In this document: in pieces, positions 9,975-19,299 of the stretch
Layout: each line of letters starts with the position of its first letter
Position numbering within the stretch: the stretch's first letter is position 1
Notes under the pieces: generated by a model
What the model was told of the DNA's origin: nothing
The model's database searches: none
The model's input: only the letters and a program-made list of their open reading frames with translations
Origin: a virus
Lineage: Duplodnaviria > Caudoviricetes
Direction: 5' to 3' (one strand)
Length of the DNA: 64,000 nt
Virus record (IMG/VR): IMGVR_UViG_3300027776_000009
Translations under genes and position numbers: made by a program

Positions 9975-10393
9975 GCCGCGTTGGGAATGGCACCGCCTTC
10001 GCGGTCCAGGAAGTTATTGACACGCTCCGGCAAGAAGTCAGCCAACAGCGGAGTCAGACAGGCAAAATGCTGATCCATCGCGGTGGGGTCGTGTGCAATG
10101 GCGTAACGCAGCTCGTAGTACCGCATAGCGATCGAACGGGTCAGTTGGACGTCCACCAGATACTGCTCGTTGATTGCGCTGATAATATCGCAGGCACGGC
10201 GATCATAGGTGGCCAGGTAGTAACCGCGTATATCACCGACGGGGGACGTCGGCAGATCCAGCGAGTAAGCAATCGCGCGCCCAACTCCAATAGCAACCGC
10301 GGTTTTGCGATTGTCGTCACCCAACGCTGTCGGGAAGGAATCGTTCAGAATGCGACGGATCGACGAAGCGATCCAGGTGGGGGCAGTCAACAT
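9911..10393 (-). CDS. Small head protein (phiKZ gp85-like)
   Basis: 160 aa, GGAGA RBS, synteny. Confidence 0.6.
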   Translation of the reverse strand: MLTAPTWIASSIRRILNDSFPTALGDDNRKTAVAIGVGRAIAYSLDLPTSPVGDIRGYYLATYDRRACDIISAINEQYLVDVQLTRSIAMRYYELRYAIAHDPTAMDQHFACLTPLLADFLPERVNNFLDREGGAIPNAAWQSLMQESGLMIRATIGDPV

Positions 10394-10415
10394 GAAAGTG
10401 TTCTCCGGAACAGAG

Positions 10416-12806
10416 TTATTGCGGGTAAATGAGTTGACTCAGGCTGACGGTGAAGTCTTGAGCCTGATCAATGGCGTTGGTCATGCTGCGTACATCGTTT
10501 AGCAGTTTGGCACCGCCTTCCGATATTTCTACCAAGGTGTTGAGCAACTTGGTGACACGCTCATAAAAAAGCGCTGTATCCCTCGCGTCTACTGAAGAGA
10601 CGGGCGTTGTCTCCAGATGTTCCAGTAGCGTCTTGAATTGGGGGAGAGTAGCGATCAAGAGCTGCTTTGCTTCTGCGGCCGTGGTCAAGTAGGTTGCAAT
10701 CGGATCTCTGGCGTGACTCAGTCCCCGATAGGAAGCGGAGTTACTTACCTCAGCGTTATCATGCGTGTATCGAGCGCTTTTGACCAACTTATAAATACGA
10801 CTAGGATACGGACCGCCTCCCGCTTCACCGATATCAGTCAGGTCCAGATTATCGGGAGTCGCCAAGGGGTTGGCTTGAGTGCAGATGTATCGAAACTGAT
10901 CTGTCATCCGTTGCACACTGGAGTCTTTATCTTGATAACAGGCAACGCTACCTGCTTCGGCTACAGTCACTGCAGCATTCATCAAACGAGGAAGAGCTTC
11001 GACCAGCGTGTTACTAATGCGGGTCATGATTCCTAATCGCAAAATGGAAGACTCTGTGTTGAACACCATATCGGTTAGTGATGAGCCTTGCTTGAGTTGT
11101 TGGAGCTCAACCGCGTTAAGATAATCGCCTGTGGTGTAGAAATACGCGGCCAGGTTTTCGGAGGAACTCAGAATCGCTTCGATCTCAGAACCGGGAACCT
11201 CTAAACGTTCCAATTCTTTACGACAAGTCGACAGAATAAGATGAGGTTGAGAGGCTGCTGCCGGAGACACGGTCTCCAACATTTTTCGACCGGAGGCTGG
11301 GATCTGCTGCCGTGCTTCGGCTTCACGCTGAATAAGGCGAGAGAGGGCTTCTTGTGCAAGGCTCCCGGACCCTCCTTGCTCACTACGATGGGTTTGACCA
11401 ATGCGTGTCAACACGCTGATCAGATGATCAACAGCGAGTGCGTCGGGTTGAACAGGAAGCATCTTATCCTCCTCCATCGAAGCATACATGGCCGACACCG
11501 CAAACGCGCGATTAGCACCCAGCTCATTCAAGGTGCGCTGAAGGGCAACTTGTCCGTTGTACTTGCGGATACTGGGCTTGATCTGAGCAATCCATTTCAA
11601 CAGATTCGGGTAGGCTCTGGCGCCCGCGAGCATTCGATCAATGTATTCAATATCGCGCAGCGTTTTCCGACGCATCTCTATCGAGATTTTCGGTTCGCGT
11701 AGTCTCAGATACATCTCTCGTCGGATGAGCATCAATCGATCGATCGGGGGGTCGTAACGACTCTGATCGGGTTTTTCTGTAAGAAGACTCCAAAGAACCA
11801 GCATGGGAATCCCGATAACAGACATAGTGCACAGGGCTGCACCAACGACAGTCTTCAATACTTCCGAGGTCAAATACTCACGGTCCTTACCAAGATCTGC
11901 GGCACCATAGAAAGCAGATATCATAGCCGCCCCGCCGCCGTGGCGAACCATGAATTGATCAGCGATTTGCTCAGCAACGCGTTCATCGTAAAGATCCATC
12001 CCAAGTTCTGAAGTGATGCTGCGGCGGGCTTCCGTCAGCATCACCACTTGGTAATTAACCCCCTCAGCGCCAGGTTCTGATTTGGCTAACGATGCGACAT
12101 CAAGTTTTGTATCCCCCAAATCAACCGCATATTTGAGGACCTGCGTGCGTTCGTTGTAGTTATCAATGTTAGCCGCGGTTCGTGCAATTTGTGACAGCAT
12201 CAATGACCGTCTGACAACATACGCCATATAGACCATAGCGGTGTACAGATGACCAAGTTCGTGAAGAATGGTATCCGCTATGACTTCCTCTGCACTGTAC
12301 TCAGATGTCGGCCGCTTTGTTAGAAGACCTATCGTTATCAGGAATGGGAATTCCAGTCGACTGTAGAGCCCACTAACCTTAGATTTCCCCAGATCAATAC
12401 CTGCGGTAAACTCCTCCTTGTAATCCCGGACAATGTTCCCTAAGGCGGCTTGATCATAGAAGTCATACCCTTCATCTTTTTTCGGATCCAGGGTCTTGCT
12501 TAAGATATTGTTTTTACCCAGCCAGACAAAGGACACCGCGGCATTAGGGATCAAGTTATTCTCAATACCGAACTTGACCAGGATTCCGGTCTCGTCCAGA
12601 ATGAACTTCGACAGAGGGCTTTTCTCAAAGGCTTGATCCGTAAACTCACCCTTGGTAAGAAGTTGCCCGATAATCTTTACAAGCCCATCACGGAACGAGC
12701 CGTCCTGAAACGCGATAGTCTCCATCGAGGGAGTCAGCTCTCGGGGGAGGAGCTGCGTAAGGGAGTGCCGCATGAGGGATTCTCCGAATAAAGGGGTGTT
12801 AAGCAC
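10416..12806 (-). CDS. Head protein (phiKZ gp84-like) with zincin HExxH motif
   Basis: SMETIAFQ cleavage site, LHELGH, EQIADQF, hydrophobic segment, internal SME. Confidence 0.65.
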   Translation of the reverse strand: MLNTPLFGESLMRHSLTQLLPRELTPSMETIAFQDGSFRDGLVKIIGQLLTKGEFTDQAFEKSPLSKFILDETGILVKFGIENNLIPNAAVSFVWLGKNNILSKTLDPKKDEGYDFYDQAALGNIVRDYKEEFTAGIDLGKSKVSGLYSRLEFPFLITIGLLTKRPTSEYSAEEVIADTILHELGHLYTAMVYMAYVVRRSLMLSQIARTAANIDNYNERTQVLKYAVDLGDTKLDVASLAKSEPGAEGVNYQVVMLTEARRSITSELGMDLYDERVAEQIADQFMVRHGGGAAMISAFYGAADLGKDREYLTSEVLKTVVGAALCTMSVIGIPMLVLWSLLTEKPDQSRYDPPIDRLMLIRREMYLRLREPKISIEMRRKTLRDIEYIDRMLAGARAYPNLLKWIAQIKPSIRKYNGQVALQRTLNELGANRAFAVSAMYASMEEDKMLPVQPDALAVDHLISVLTRIGQTHRSEQGGSGSLAQEALSRLIQREAEARQQIPASGRKMLETVSPAAASQPHLILSTCRKELERLEVPGSEIEAILSSSENLAAYFYTTGDYLNAVELQQLKQGSSLTDMVFNTESSILRLGIMTRISNTLVEALPRLMNAAVTVAEAGSVACYQDKDSSVQRMTDQFRYICTQANPLATPDNLDLTDIGEAGGGPYPSRIYKLVKSARYTHDNAEVSNSASYRGLSHARDPIATYLTTAAEAKQLLIATLPQFKTLLEHLETTPVSSVDARDTALFYERVTKLLNTLVEISEGGAKLLNDVRSMTNAIDQAQDFTVSLSQLIYPQ

Positions 12807-12886
12807 ATAGCAATTGGGGTCGGGCGACCTGGATTTTTACGCATTGGAATGATGGTATAGCGAAGCAAACAACAGGACTCTTCATT

Positions 12887-14353
12887 ATGACCACAGTGAC
12901 TTATACGAAAGAAGATGTTGTTGGTTACGACTGCCGACACGTCTTTTATTGCCCGCATCCGAACGGCATTGACGACATGCACCTGGTTAAGGAATACGTT
13001 CATCTGAAAGACAGACCTCCGGTAATCAACATGCGCTTACTGAAGAACTTCCAACAACCCTTTTGGGTCACTCGGGAAGGCTATCGTAACCATCATGAAA
13101 AGAAGGAGTGGGAAGCACTGGATAAACTGCAAGAGTATAAAAGTAATCGCGCTGGTCAATTGAACGCGATCAGTCGCGCCGTGAGTGGTAAACCCTTGGG
13201 TAAGCGCGGGCAATTGCGGGAGTTGGCAAAGACACCGTATCTCTACGGATGCGATATCCTGAGCACCTGCCTGATCAAACACGAGTACCAAACACGGTGG
13301 CCGGATCTCATTGCACCGAGCGCCTCTGTCGCTGTGTTCGATATCGAAACGGATGTGAACACTGGTACGAACGATGTCATCATCTGTACCTTGAGTTTTA
13401 AGAACCGTGTATTTACAGCCGTCAGTGAGCGGTTCTTAACGCCTGGTAGGAACGAGGAAATCATTCGTAAACTGGCGGACACCCACATTGGTGAACTGAT
13501 CAAGAAGCGCGGGATACAGCTTGAGCTAGCCTGGTTCAAGGATGGCGCAGACTGTGTTGAGGCTTGCATCCGTAAAGGACATGAGTACAAACCGGACTTC
13601 ATCGAGATCTGGAATATTGACTTCGATATTCCTAAATGTATCGAAGTCTTGAAGAATGCTGGGAAGGATCTGGCGGATATCTTCAGTGACCCAATAGTTC
13701 CTAAGGCGTACCAGTACTTCAAATACATCCAGGGACCTAAACAGAAGGTCATTCAGGATGGTACAAAGCGCCCTCTTCACCCAGCAGACCAGTGGCATCG
13801 GGTTGAGTGCCCCGCGAGTTTCTACTTCTTGGACGGTATGTGCGTCTACAAGCGCCTGCGGATCGCAAAAGGGATGGAACCCGGCTATGGATTGGATGCA
13901 GTCTTAGCACGCAATGGGTTGATGGGAAAACTCTCGTTACCCGAAGTGGACCATCTGAATGGTTTAGCATGGCATAAGACCATGCAGCGTGATCATCCAT
14001 GCTTCTACGTGGTTTATAACATCTACGACTGCGTGGGTGTGGAGCTCTTGGATGAGAAGATCGGCGACATCAGTAGTCGCTTCCCCGTACTGTGCGGCGT
14101 AACGGACTACAGCAACTTTACGAAGAACCCGCGCCGGATTTGCGACAGTTTACACTTTTTCTTAAGAGACAAGTATGGGTTGATTATCGCAACAACGGGA
14201 GACGACGGGAAAACGAATACGGACAGTGAGGAACTGGTGGGGATGCGAGGCTGGATCGCTACGCTAGACGCTACGTTAGTAGTGGATAACGGAGTGCCGG
14301 TATTTAGTGACCTTAGAACGATCCGGTCTATGATTCGCAGATATTTAGCTGAT
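12887..14353 (+). CDS. Split DNA polymerase B, exonuclease subunit (phiKZ gp82-like), exon 1
   Basis: Exo motifs FDIETD, WNIDFDI, YNIYD; ends YLAD at the 5' splice site. Confidence 0.85.
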
Positions 14354-14366
14354 TAACAAATGTCGT

Positions 14367-14398
14367 GTACTTATGATATGAAATAAGATCATAGGTGT
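14367..14398 (+). promoter_or_regulatory. RBS-sequestering hairpin with TATG motifs upstream of the homing endonuclease
   Basis: GTACTTATGAT pairs with ATCATAGGTGT covering AGGTG; TATG at 14372 and 14377. Confidence 0.55.
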
Positions 14399-14402
14399 TA
14401 TC

Positions 14403-15254
14403 ATGACTGTAGAACGATTTCTACCCTTTTGCGGTAGACGCTATTGGATCGATGATTCCGGCGTTGTCTATAGCGCTAATGGAGTGATCGAGGTTGTTGA
14501 TATAGATGAGATGCCTCATGTTGAGCTCGAATGGGTCCTCGGAAGGGAACTTTATCCGGTGGGTCTGATCATTATTGTTTGTTTTCACGGGCTCTTTCTT
14601 CCGGATTATTTCTGGTTGAAATTGATTCCAATGAAGATAAACGATAGTGAACAATGGGTTCCTGACAACGTGGTTTATCGTTTTGATGAACCGATTGAGG
14701 TTGAAGATTTTCCTGGATATTTTTACGTTCCGTTTTTTACGCGTTATGCCATTTCAAAATCTGGCCAATTAATAAACGCTGATAGCGGAACGAGGATGAC
14801 GTGGTATGTATCAAAACCGAATGAAACCAAAGGGTCGGCGGGTGGATACCACAGTGCTAGAGTTGTCCGAGGTGATGGAAGAACGGCGATGTTATTTAGA
14901 CATCGTGCGCTCTGTCTAACCTTTAAAAAGTATCCTTCAAAGGTAAAATCCATGGTCGTTAACCATCTGGATGGTAATCAGCGAAATGATTCGTTGGAAA
15001 ATCTTGAATGGGTAACGTACAAAATCAACAACCAACACGCCTACGATAACGGTCTAAGACCTAATGCAAGTACTCCTATCCTCGTTAAAGATTTAACGAC
15101 TGGAGAGATACGTAGGTTTCCAACCATAGCAGAATGTGCTAGAACTTATCCGATGTTGACACCATGGACGATTTCGTACAGGTTAAGGAAAACATGTAGT
15201 CGGGAGTTTTCGGACAATTTGCGCCTGAAGTACGATGATGGTACTGATTGGTGA
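14403..15254 (+). CDS. HNH homing endonuclease (intron-encoded)
   Basis: HRAL...VNHLDGNQRNDSLENLEWVTYKINNQHAY; C-terminal NUMOD1-like RFPTIAECAR; visibly AT-richer than flanks. Confidence 0.9.
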   Translation: MTVERFLPFCGRRYWIDDSGVVYSANGVIEVVDIDEMPHVELEWVLGRELYPVGLIIIVCFHGLFLPDYFWLKLIPMKINDSEQWVPDNVVYRFDEPIEVEDFPGYFYVPFFTRYAISKSGQLINADSGTRMTWYVSKPNETKGSAGGYHSARVVRGDGRTAMLFRHRALCLTFKKYPSKVKSMVVNHLDGNQRNDSLENLEWVTYKINNQHAYDNGLRPNASTPILVKDLTTGEIRRFPTIAECARTYPMLTPWTISYRLRKTCSREFSDNLRLKYDDGTDW

Positions 15255-15672
15255 TCGTTCTGTAGTTATGCATGACTAAGGTCCGCTCCTCCAGTAATGG
15301 ATGAGCTGAAACCCAACCTAATAGCTGGTACGTGCTAAAGCTCTCTCACCAAAACGGATCGCGAAAGCGAAAACGGCAACGGTGTCGAAAGACAGAAAAA
15401 ACGAGAGAGATTCCCTATTGCTGAGAGGCTGTCGGGAGATGCAATGTACTATCAGCAGCGAAGCCTCTAAACTTTCATAAGAAGCATGAGGTATGCTCAA
15501 CGACTAACCCTTTAGCAAGGTGTAGGCTAGCAAGTGCGGCCGAAACGGTGGGACCCGACCGCTGCGTCACAAGCGCAGGCGAGGGTTTGATATAGTCTGT
15601 TCGTCCGGAGAAAGACCGGAGCTAGGCAGGTAAAGCTGCGGGTAGGATTAACGACCCTACTGAACATAAAAG

Positions 15673-15918
15673 CTTGACATCGAAGGGACCTATCCAACTG
15701 AAGAGGTAGTCATGAATCTCTCAAAGGAAACGACCGCGATTGAAGTGATTCGTATTGAGGGGCTATCGGAAAAGGCACAGCGACGTATTGGGATCAATAT
15801 GACGGGTGGTGTGGCTAACGCTATTGAGCTGTGTTCCGAAATCTACGACCTCCCCTCGCCTGAGGAATGGGTAGACATGTGGGACGCAGAGCAAGAGGCA
15901 AAAAAAGAAAGGATATAA
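15673..15918 (+). CDS. Split DNA polymerase B exonuclease subunit, exon 2
   Basis: LDIEGTYPTEEVVMNLSKETT, PolB motif A equivalent; 13 codons upstream of and in frame with ORF 15712..15918. Confidence 0.85.
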   Translation, partial: LDIEGTYPTEEVVMNLSKETTAIEVIRIEGLSEKAQRRIGINMTGGVANAIELCSEIYDLPSPEEWVDMWDAEQEAKKERI

Positions 15919-15919
15919 C

Positions 15920-15949
15920 TACAGGCGCGGGAGCAATCCCGCGCCTGTA
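15920..15949. terminator. Bidirectional hairpin
   Basis: TACAGGCGCGGGA-gcaa-TCCCGCGCCTGTA between convergent genes. Confidence 0.75.
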
Positions 15950-15954
15950 TGTCC

Positions 15955-16149
15955 TTACCCGTGATGACCGCTTTGGGTCACGTAGGTAGTTTTGTACAGA
16001 TGCTTCTCCTGCATCAGATCAAACTCCCGGAGGACCTTGCGACCCTTCTTGACAACGACATGCACAACTCGCGCATTGTTCACGGCCATTGCGACTTCGG
16101 CCTCTGCCAGCATTTTCTTCAGCTTGTTCATTTTGTTTCTCCTTGACAC
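15955..16149 (-). CDS. Small basic hypothetical protein, probably early
   Basis: AAGGAG RBS before MNKLKK (likely start 16131); promoter motif upstream. Confidence 0.5.
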   Translation of the reverse strand: MSRRNKMNKLKKMLAEAEVAMAVNNARVVHVVVKKGRKVLREFDLMQEKHLYKTTYVTQSGHHG

Positions 16150-16181
16150 ACGGTGAGAGATTGAGAGAGCGTGTCATTAAG

Positions 16182-16195
16182 GTAGTATATATCTG
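16182..16195 (-). promoter_or_regulatory. Putative early (virion RNAP) promoter
   Basis: CAGATATATACTAC; recurrent motif resembling phiKZ early TATATTAC. Confidence 0.6.
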
Positions 16196-16216
16196 TTTTT
16201 TTTTGCGTTATAGCGT

Positions 16217-16240
16217 CTCCGGAGACCTAAGTCTCCGGAG
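16217..16240 (-). terminator. Hairpin after 16251..16994
   Basis: CTCCGGAGAC-ctaa-GTCTCCGGAG. Confidence 0.65.
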
Positions 16241-16250
16241 CGCACTAGGT

Positions 16251-16994
16251 TCAGGCGTAGAAGTTCAGCAGACTTTCACGCGCCTTGGGAGACGGAAGCG
16301 TTTCCAGAATCTTCCGAATGTCCACCATCGACCGCAGGTTTGCCTTACGAGTCGTGGGGTCAGAAGTATTGTAGAAGAGATGCAGCAGCATCCGGAGGCT
16401 GGAGATTTCAGCGGGAGACATTGCCCGCGCGGGGATGGGTCGGAAGATCAGGTACTGTGAGAAAGAACCGTCGCGACCGTTGTGGAAGTACCAAAGGATG
16501 GCCTCCAGCGCCAATTGGCTCTGGCGACCCGGGAGCCCCAATGCGCTCAAGAAAGCGTAGTGAAGCGCTCGTTGATACTGAACCGCTGCTCGGGAGTCAA
16601 TCGGGCGTGTAGGATGCATCGTGTGGTTGTATGCATCCAGGGTGTTGATAACCGCTTGCACCCCGGTGGGGACTTCGGTCATGTTGGGATAGCGCAGTTT
16701 GAAGAACTCATGAACCGTAGTAGGGGTGGCGAGAAGTTCTTCTTTGGGAGCCGATGCGGCGACAGGAGTGGTAACGACTGGTGCAGCAGGGGTAGGTTCG
16801 GCGCCAGTGACTTCAGCAGCGGGTTCGTTGTTCGAACTGTCTTCCGCAGTATCCGCGGTCTCAACCGCTGAAGATTCGACATTGGTGACATCAACCGGAT
16901 CGATGCTGTCTTGAATCTCATCTTCGATGATCGGAGCTCCCGTCGGTTGTGCGGAAACGGGTTTAACCTTGGGCTTGTTGGATGAACGACTCAT
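16251..16994 (-). CDS. Conserved hypothetical/virion protein (phiKZ gp81 position)
   Basis: 247 aa, disordered acidic/Pro N-terminus, helical C-terminus; GAGG RBS. Confidence 0.6.
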   Translation of the reverse strand: MSRSSNKPKVKPVSAQPTGAPIIEDEIQDSIDPVDVTNVESSAVETADTAEDSSNNEPAAEVTGAEPTPAAPVVTTPVAASAPKEELLATPTTVHEFFKLRYPNMTEVPTGVQAVINTLDAYNHTMHPTRPIDSRAAVQYQRALHYAFLSALGLPGRQSQLALEAILWYFHNGRDGSFSQYLIFRPIPARAMSPAEISSLRMLLHLFYNTSDPTTRKANLRSMVDIRKILETLPSPKARESLLNFYA

Positions 16995-17009
16995 GAAATC
17001 GCCTCACAT

Positions 17010-18362
17010 TCACGAAATGGAAAAAGATGGGGAGTAGCGCTGGACTTGCAAGGCCTTGCCGTGCATGGCTTTCATGTTGTTGAGCATGAAGACACTACCG
17101 ACTTCGGCAGCCGCGAGAGGGAGTCCTGTTTTTTGGTTGGACAAGACATCCCCCAAGCATCGAGCGCAGAATGACGAACCTGCCACACGGCAAAAGGCTG
17201 GACTTCTCAACCTCAGGAATTGCCCCACATGTTGCGTCAAGAGGGCTTCTGTGAGCCGTACAGACTGACCATCTCCCCCGTCGGGGATATAAAAACGGCC
17301 TATAAGATAGGTTTTGTTGGCATCAGTCACACGCAAGGGGAGCGTGTATGGAGAACCGCAATCTTCAGTCGCTACCGTAGCATTTTGGAAGATCCGGTAG
17401 AAGTACTTAACGGTTTCACCTCCCAATGCTGTCAGCAGTCCTCGGTTGTAACTCCCGGATGCAATACCGTCCGCCATCTCCGGGAACTTGGACATATCCC
17501 AACCTTCATAGAGCGAAGGGAGGATGGGGTTGACCGCAGCCATGTTGCTATCGAACCCGTTCTGAATACCTTGGGTGATGAAGCGTGCTTTACGCATTAC
17601 CTGCCAGCTCTTACTATCGACGTAGAAGCCTTCGGCGTCGTCACCTTTCATGGCAGCGATATCCATATCGATCAATTCTTTCTCGATGTTAGCGAACACG
17701 GCAGGATCATGGAGTTCGTGCTTATGCTGCTCGAACAACTCGTTACGGCGCTGGATGATGTCCTTATTAGGAACCATCGCTTTAGGAGACTGCCCCGGTG
17801 TATCAATGTCGGCATAAGCAGCCGCCATGGACATACCGTCGCTGTACTTGATGAGTTCATCGACATAGAGCGCATTGGGATCACGTTCTTGACCCGGTTC
17901 TGGGTTATCTCGCGTCTGTTTTGCCAACAGAGTTTCCAATTTATCGAGATTGATCCTACCGGTTAGGAATGGGATCTTGCCCCGATACGCGTAATAGACA
18001 CTGATGGCGTTGATGAAGACATTACCCACACGGGTTTCAATAGTCTCTTTAACGCTATCCATATCCCCCGGTTGAAGAACGATGCGGTCTTTCATCCGAT
18101 ACACCGGCTGATCCCACGTGGCTTCCTCTAAAAGAGTCAGTTCACCATTGGCATCCGGGTCGATGAAGTACACAGCGTCGGGATTCTTAGGATCCCTGAC
18201 CAGATTGTAATCGTACGACAATTCATCCGCCCAATCAATCTGCTGTTGGTGTTTTCCGTATTCTACCGGATGACGTGTCACCGTAAATACGCTATAGACC
18301 CACTGTCGCTCACGGTACTTCTCGGCCTGAATAGCAGCAATCAAATAATCGCGACGGTTCAT
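17010..18362 (-). CDS. Virion RNA polymerase beta' C-terminal subunit (phiKZ gp80-like)
   Basis: GSYNRGLLTALGG bridge helix, EDCGS, LRSPAFC..FCARC zinc site, MKAMH trigger loop. Confidence 0.9.
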   Translation of the reverse strand: MNRRDYLIAAIQAEKYRERQWVYSVFTVTRHPVEYGKHQQQIDWADELSYDYNLVRDPKNPDAVYFIDPDANGELTLLEEATWDQPVYRMKDRIVLQPGDMDSVKETIETRVGNVFINAISVYYAYRGKIPFLTGRINLDKLETLLAKQTRDNPEPGQERDPNALYVDELIKYSDGMSMAAAYADIDTPGQSPKAMVPNKDIIQRRNELFEQHKHELHDPAVFANIEKELIDMDIAAMKGDDAEGFYVDSKSWQVMRKARFITQGIQNGFDSNMAAVNPILPSLYEGWDMSKFPEMADGIASGSYNRGLLTALGGETVKYFYRIFQNATVATEDCGSPYTLPLRVTDANKTYLIGRFYIPDGGDGQSVRLTEALLTQHVGQFLRLRSPAFCRVAGSSFCARCLGDVLSNQKTGLPLAAAEVGSVFMLNNMKAMHGKALQVQRYSPSFSIS

Positions 18363-19210
18363 ACTGCCTCCGCTAATCCGGTACGTAACGCGGCTAAGAT
18401 TTTATCCAGCAGATTGGACACCTTGACAACAAACGCGGTGTTGTCATACAGAGTATCCAATAATGCGCGGGCTTCCGTGGTCATCTTATCAGTATCAACC
18501 GCGGTCAGTAACATCAACCCCATCAGTTCTTCAGCAGCATGAACTTCATCGGTAGGCTGATAGGCCTGCAACTCAGATTCCACTGGAGTGATCAATGCGT
18601 GGATATCTGTTCCCAGCTTCACGCGGTCGGTCCGATAGCGGCGCGTTGCCAGCGAGTGCGGATACGTTGCCAACCAGTACTTGATCAACTTGATTCGGTC
18701 TTCTGGCAGGTGCAGTGGTTCTTCAGGAGGTTCACGACGGCTAAGCGTTTCTTCAGCGTGCTCCTGAATCTTATCCAAGAGACTGGGGTAGATCTTAATC
18801 AGTCCCGGCATAAAGTCAACGGTACGGACATCTGTCACTAGCGCGACTAAATCCCCGAAGACTTCGTTACAATCTTCCCCCGCACCGATGGTTGCCAAGA
18901 TAGATTCCGGATCATCCCAATCCGGTAAACGCAGGAGTGCTGTCAGAATCACGTTCTTAGACTTGAGTTCTCCTTCGTAAAACACCCCGTGGTCACGTAA
19001 AACGGTATCCATCCCGTCGTGAAGAATAGAGGTCGTCGTGTCGATCACACGGAACGTGGATTCATCCGTTGCTGTTTGGAAAAGGTTATTGATGTTGTTC
19101 CAGGCACCAAACTGGTCAAGCTGCCCCAGAAGCTGGAGGGAGTCCAGCATGATATCACATCGGCTCTCTGGGAGCCAGAGTCTCAAGATGTGATTAACGT
19201 TTTCGTACAT
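18359..19210 (-). CDS. Conserved virion-associated protein (phiKZ gp79-like)
   Basis: 283 aa, ATGA overlap with vRNAP gene; synteny. Confidence 0.6.
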   Translation of the reverse strand: MYENVNHILRLWLPESRCDIMLDSLQLLGQLDQFGAWNNINNLFQTATDESTFRVIDTTTSILHDGMDTVLRDHGVFYEGELKSKNVILTALLRLPDWDDPESILATIGAGEDCNEVFGDLVALVTDVRTVDFMPGLIKIYPSLLDKIQEHAEETLSRREPPEEPLHLPEDRIKLIKYWLATYPHSLATRRYRTDRVKLGTDIHALITPVESELQAYQPTDEVHAAEELMGLMLLTAVDTDKMTTEARALLDTLYDNTAFVVKVSNLLDKILAALRTGLAEAV

Positions 19211-19299
19211 AGCGGTCTCTCATGGCTGTCTGTAAAATCTTACATGCCTGCTTTACATATGAAAGAGGCTATGCATCAAAAACACTCAGGAGAGCAACT

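Larger units (their letters stand above)
14354..15672 (+). mobile_element. Group I intron (IA2-like) with homing endonuclease
   Basis: Exon ends in U, intron ends in G; P2 GNRA hairpin 15285..15306, P3 CCCAACC/GGTGGG, ATCAGCAG, P7 GACTA (15502) / GATATAGTC (to 15597); splicing restores ADLDIEGTYP in frame. Confidence 0.9.

Noticed and set aside
14354-14356. Stop-codon readthrough or alternative genetic code at the polymerase TAA
   Set aside because: Intron explains the break; other core genes are intact in the standard code
15318-15500. 60-aa minus ORF
   Set aside because: Lies within the group I intron catalytic core
15712-15918. Standalone 68-aa gene
   Set aside because: Better explained as part of polymerase exon 2 beginning at 15673
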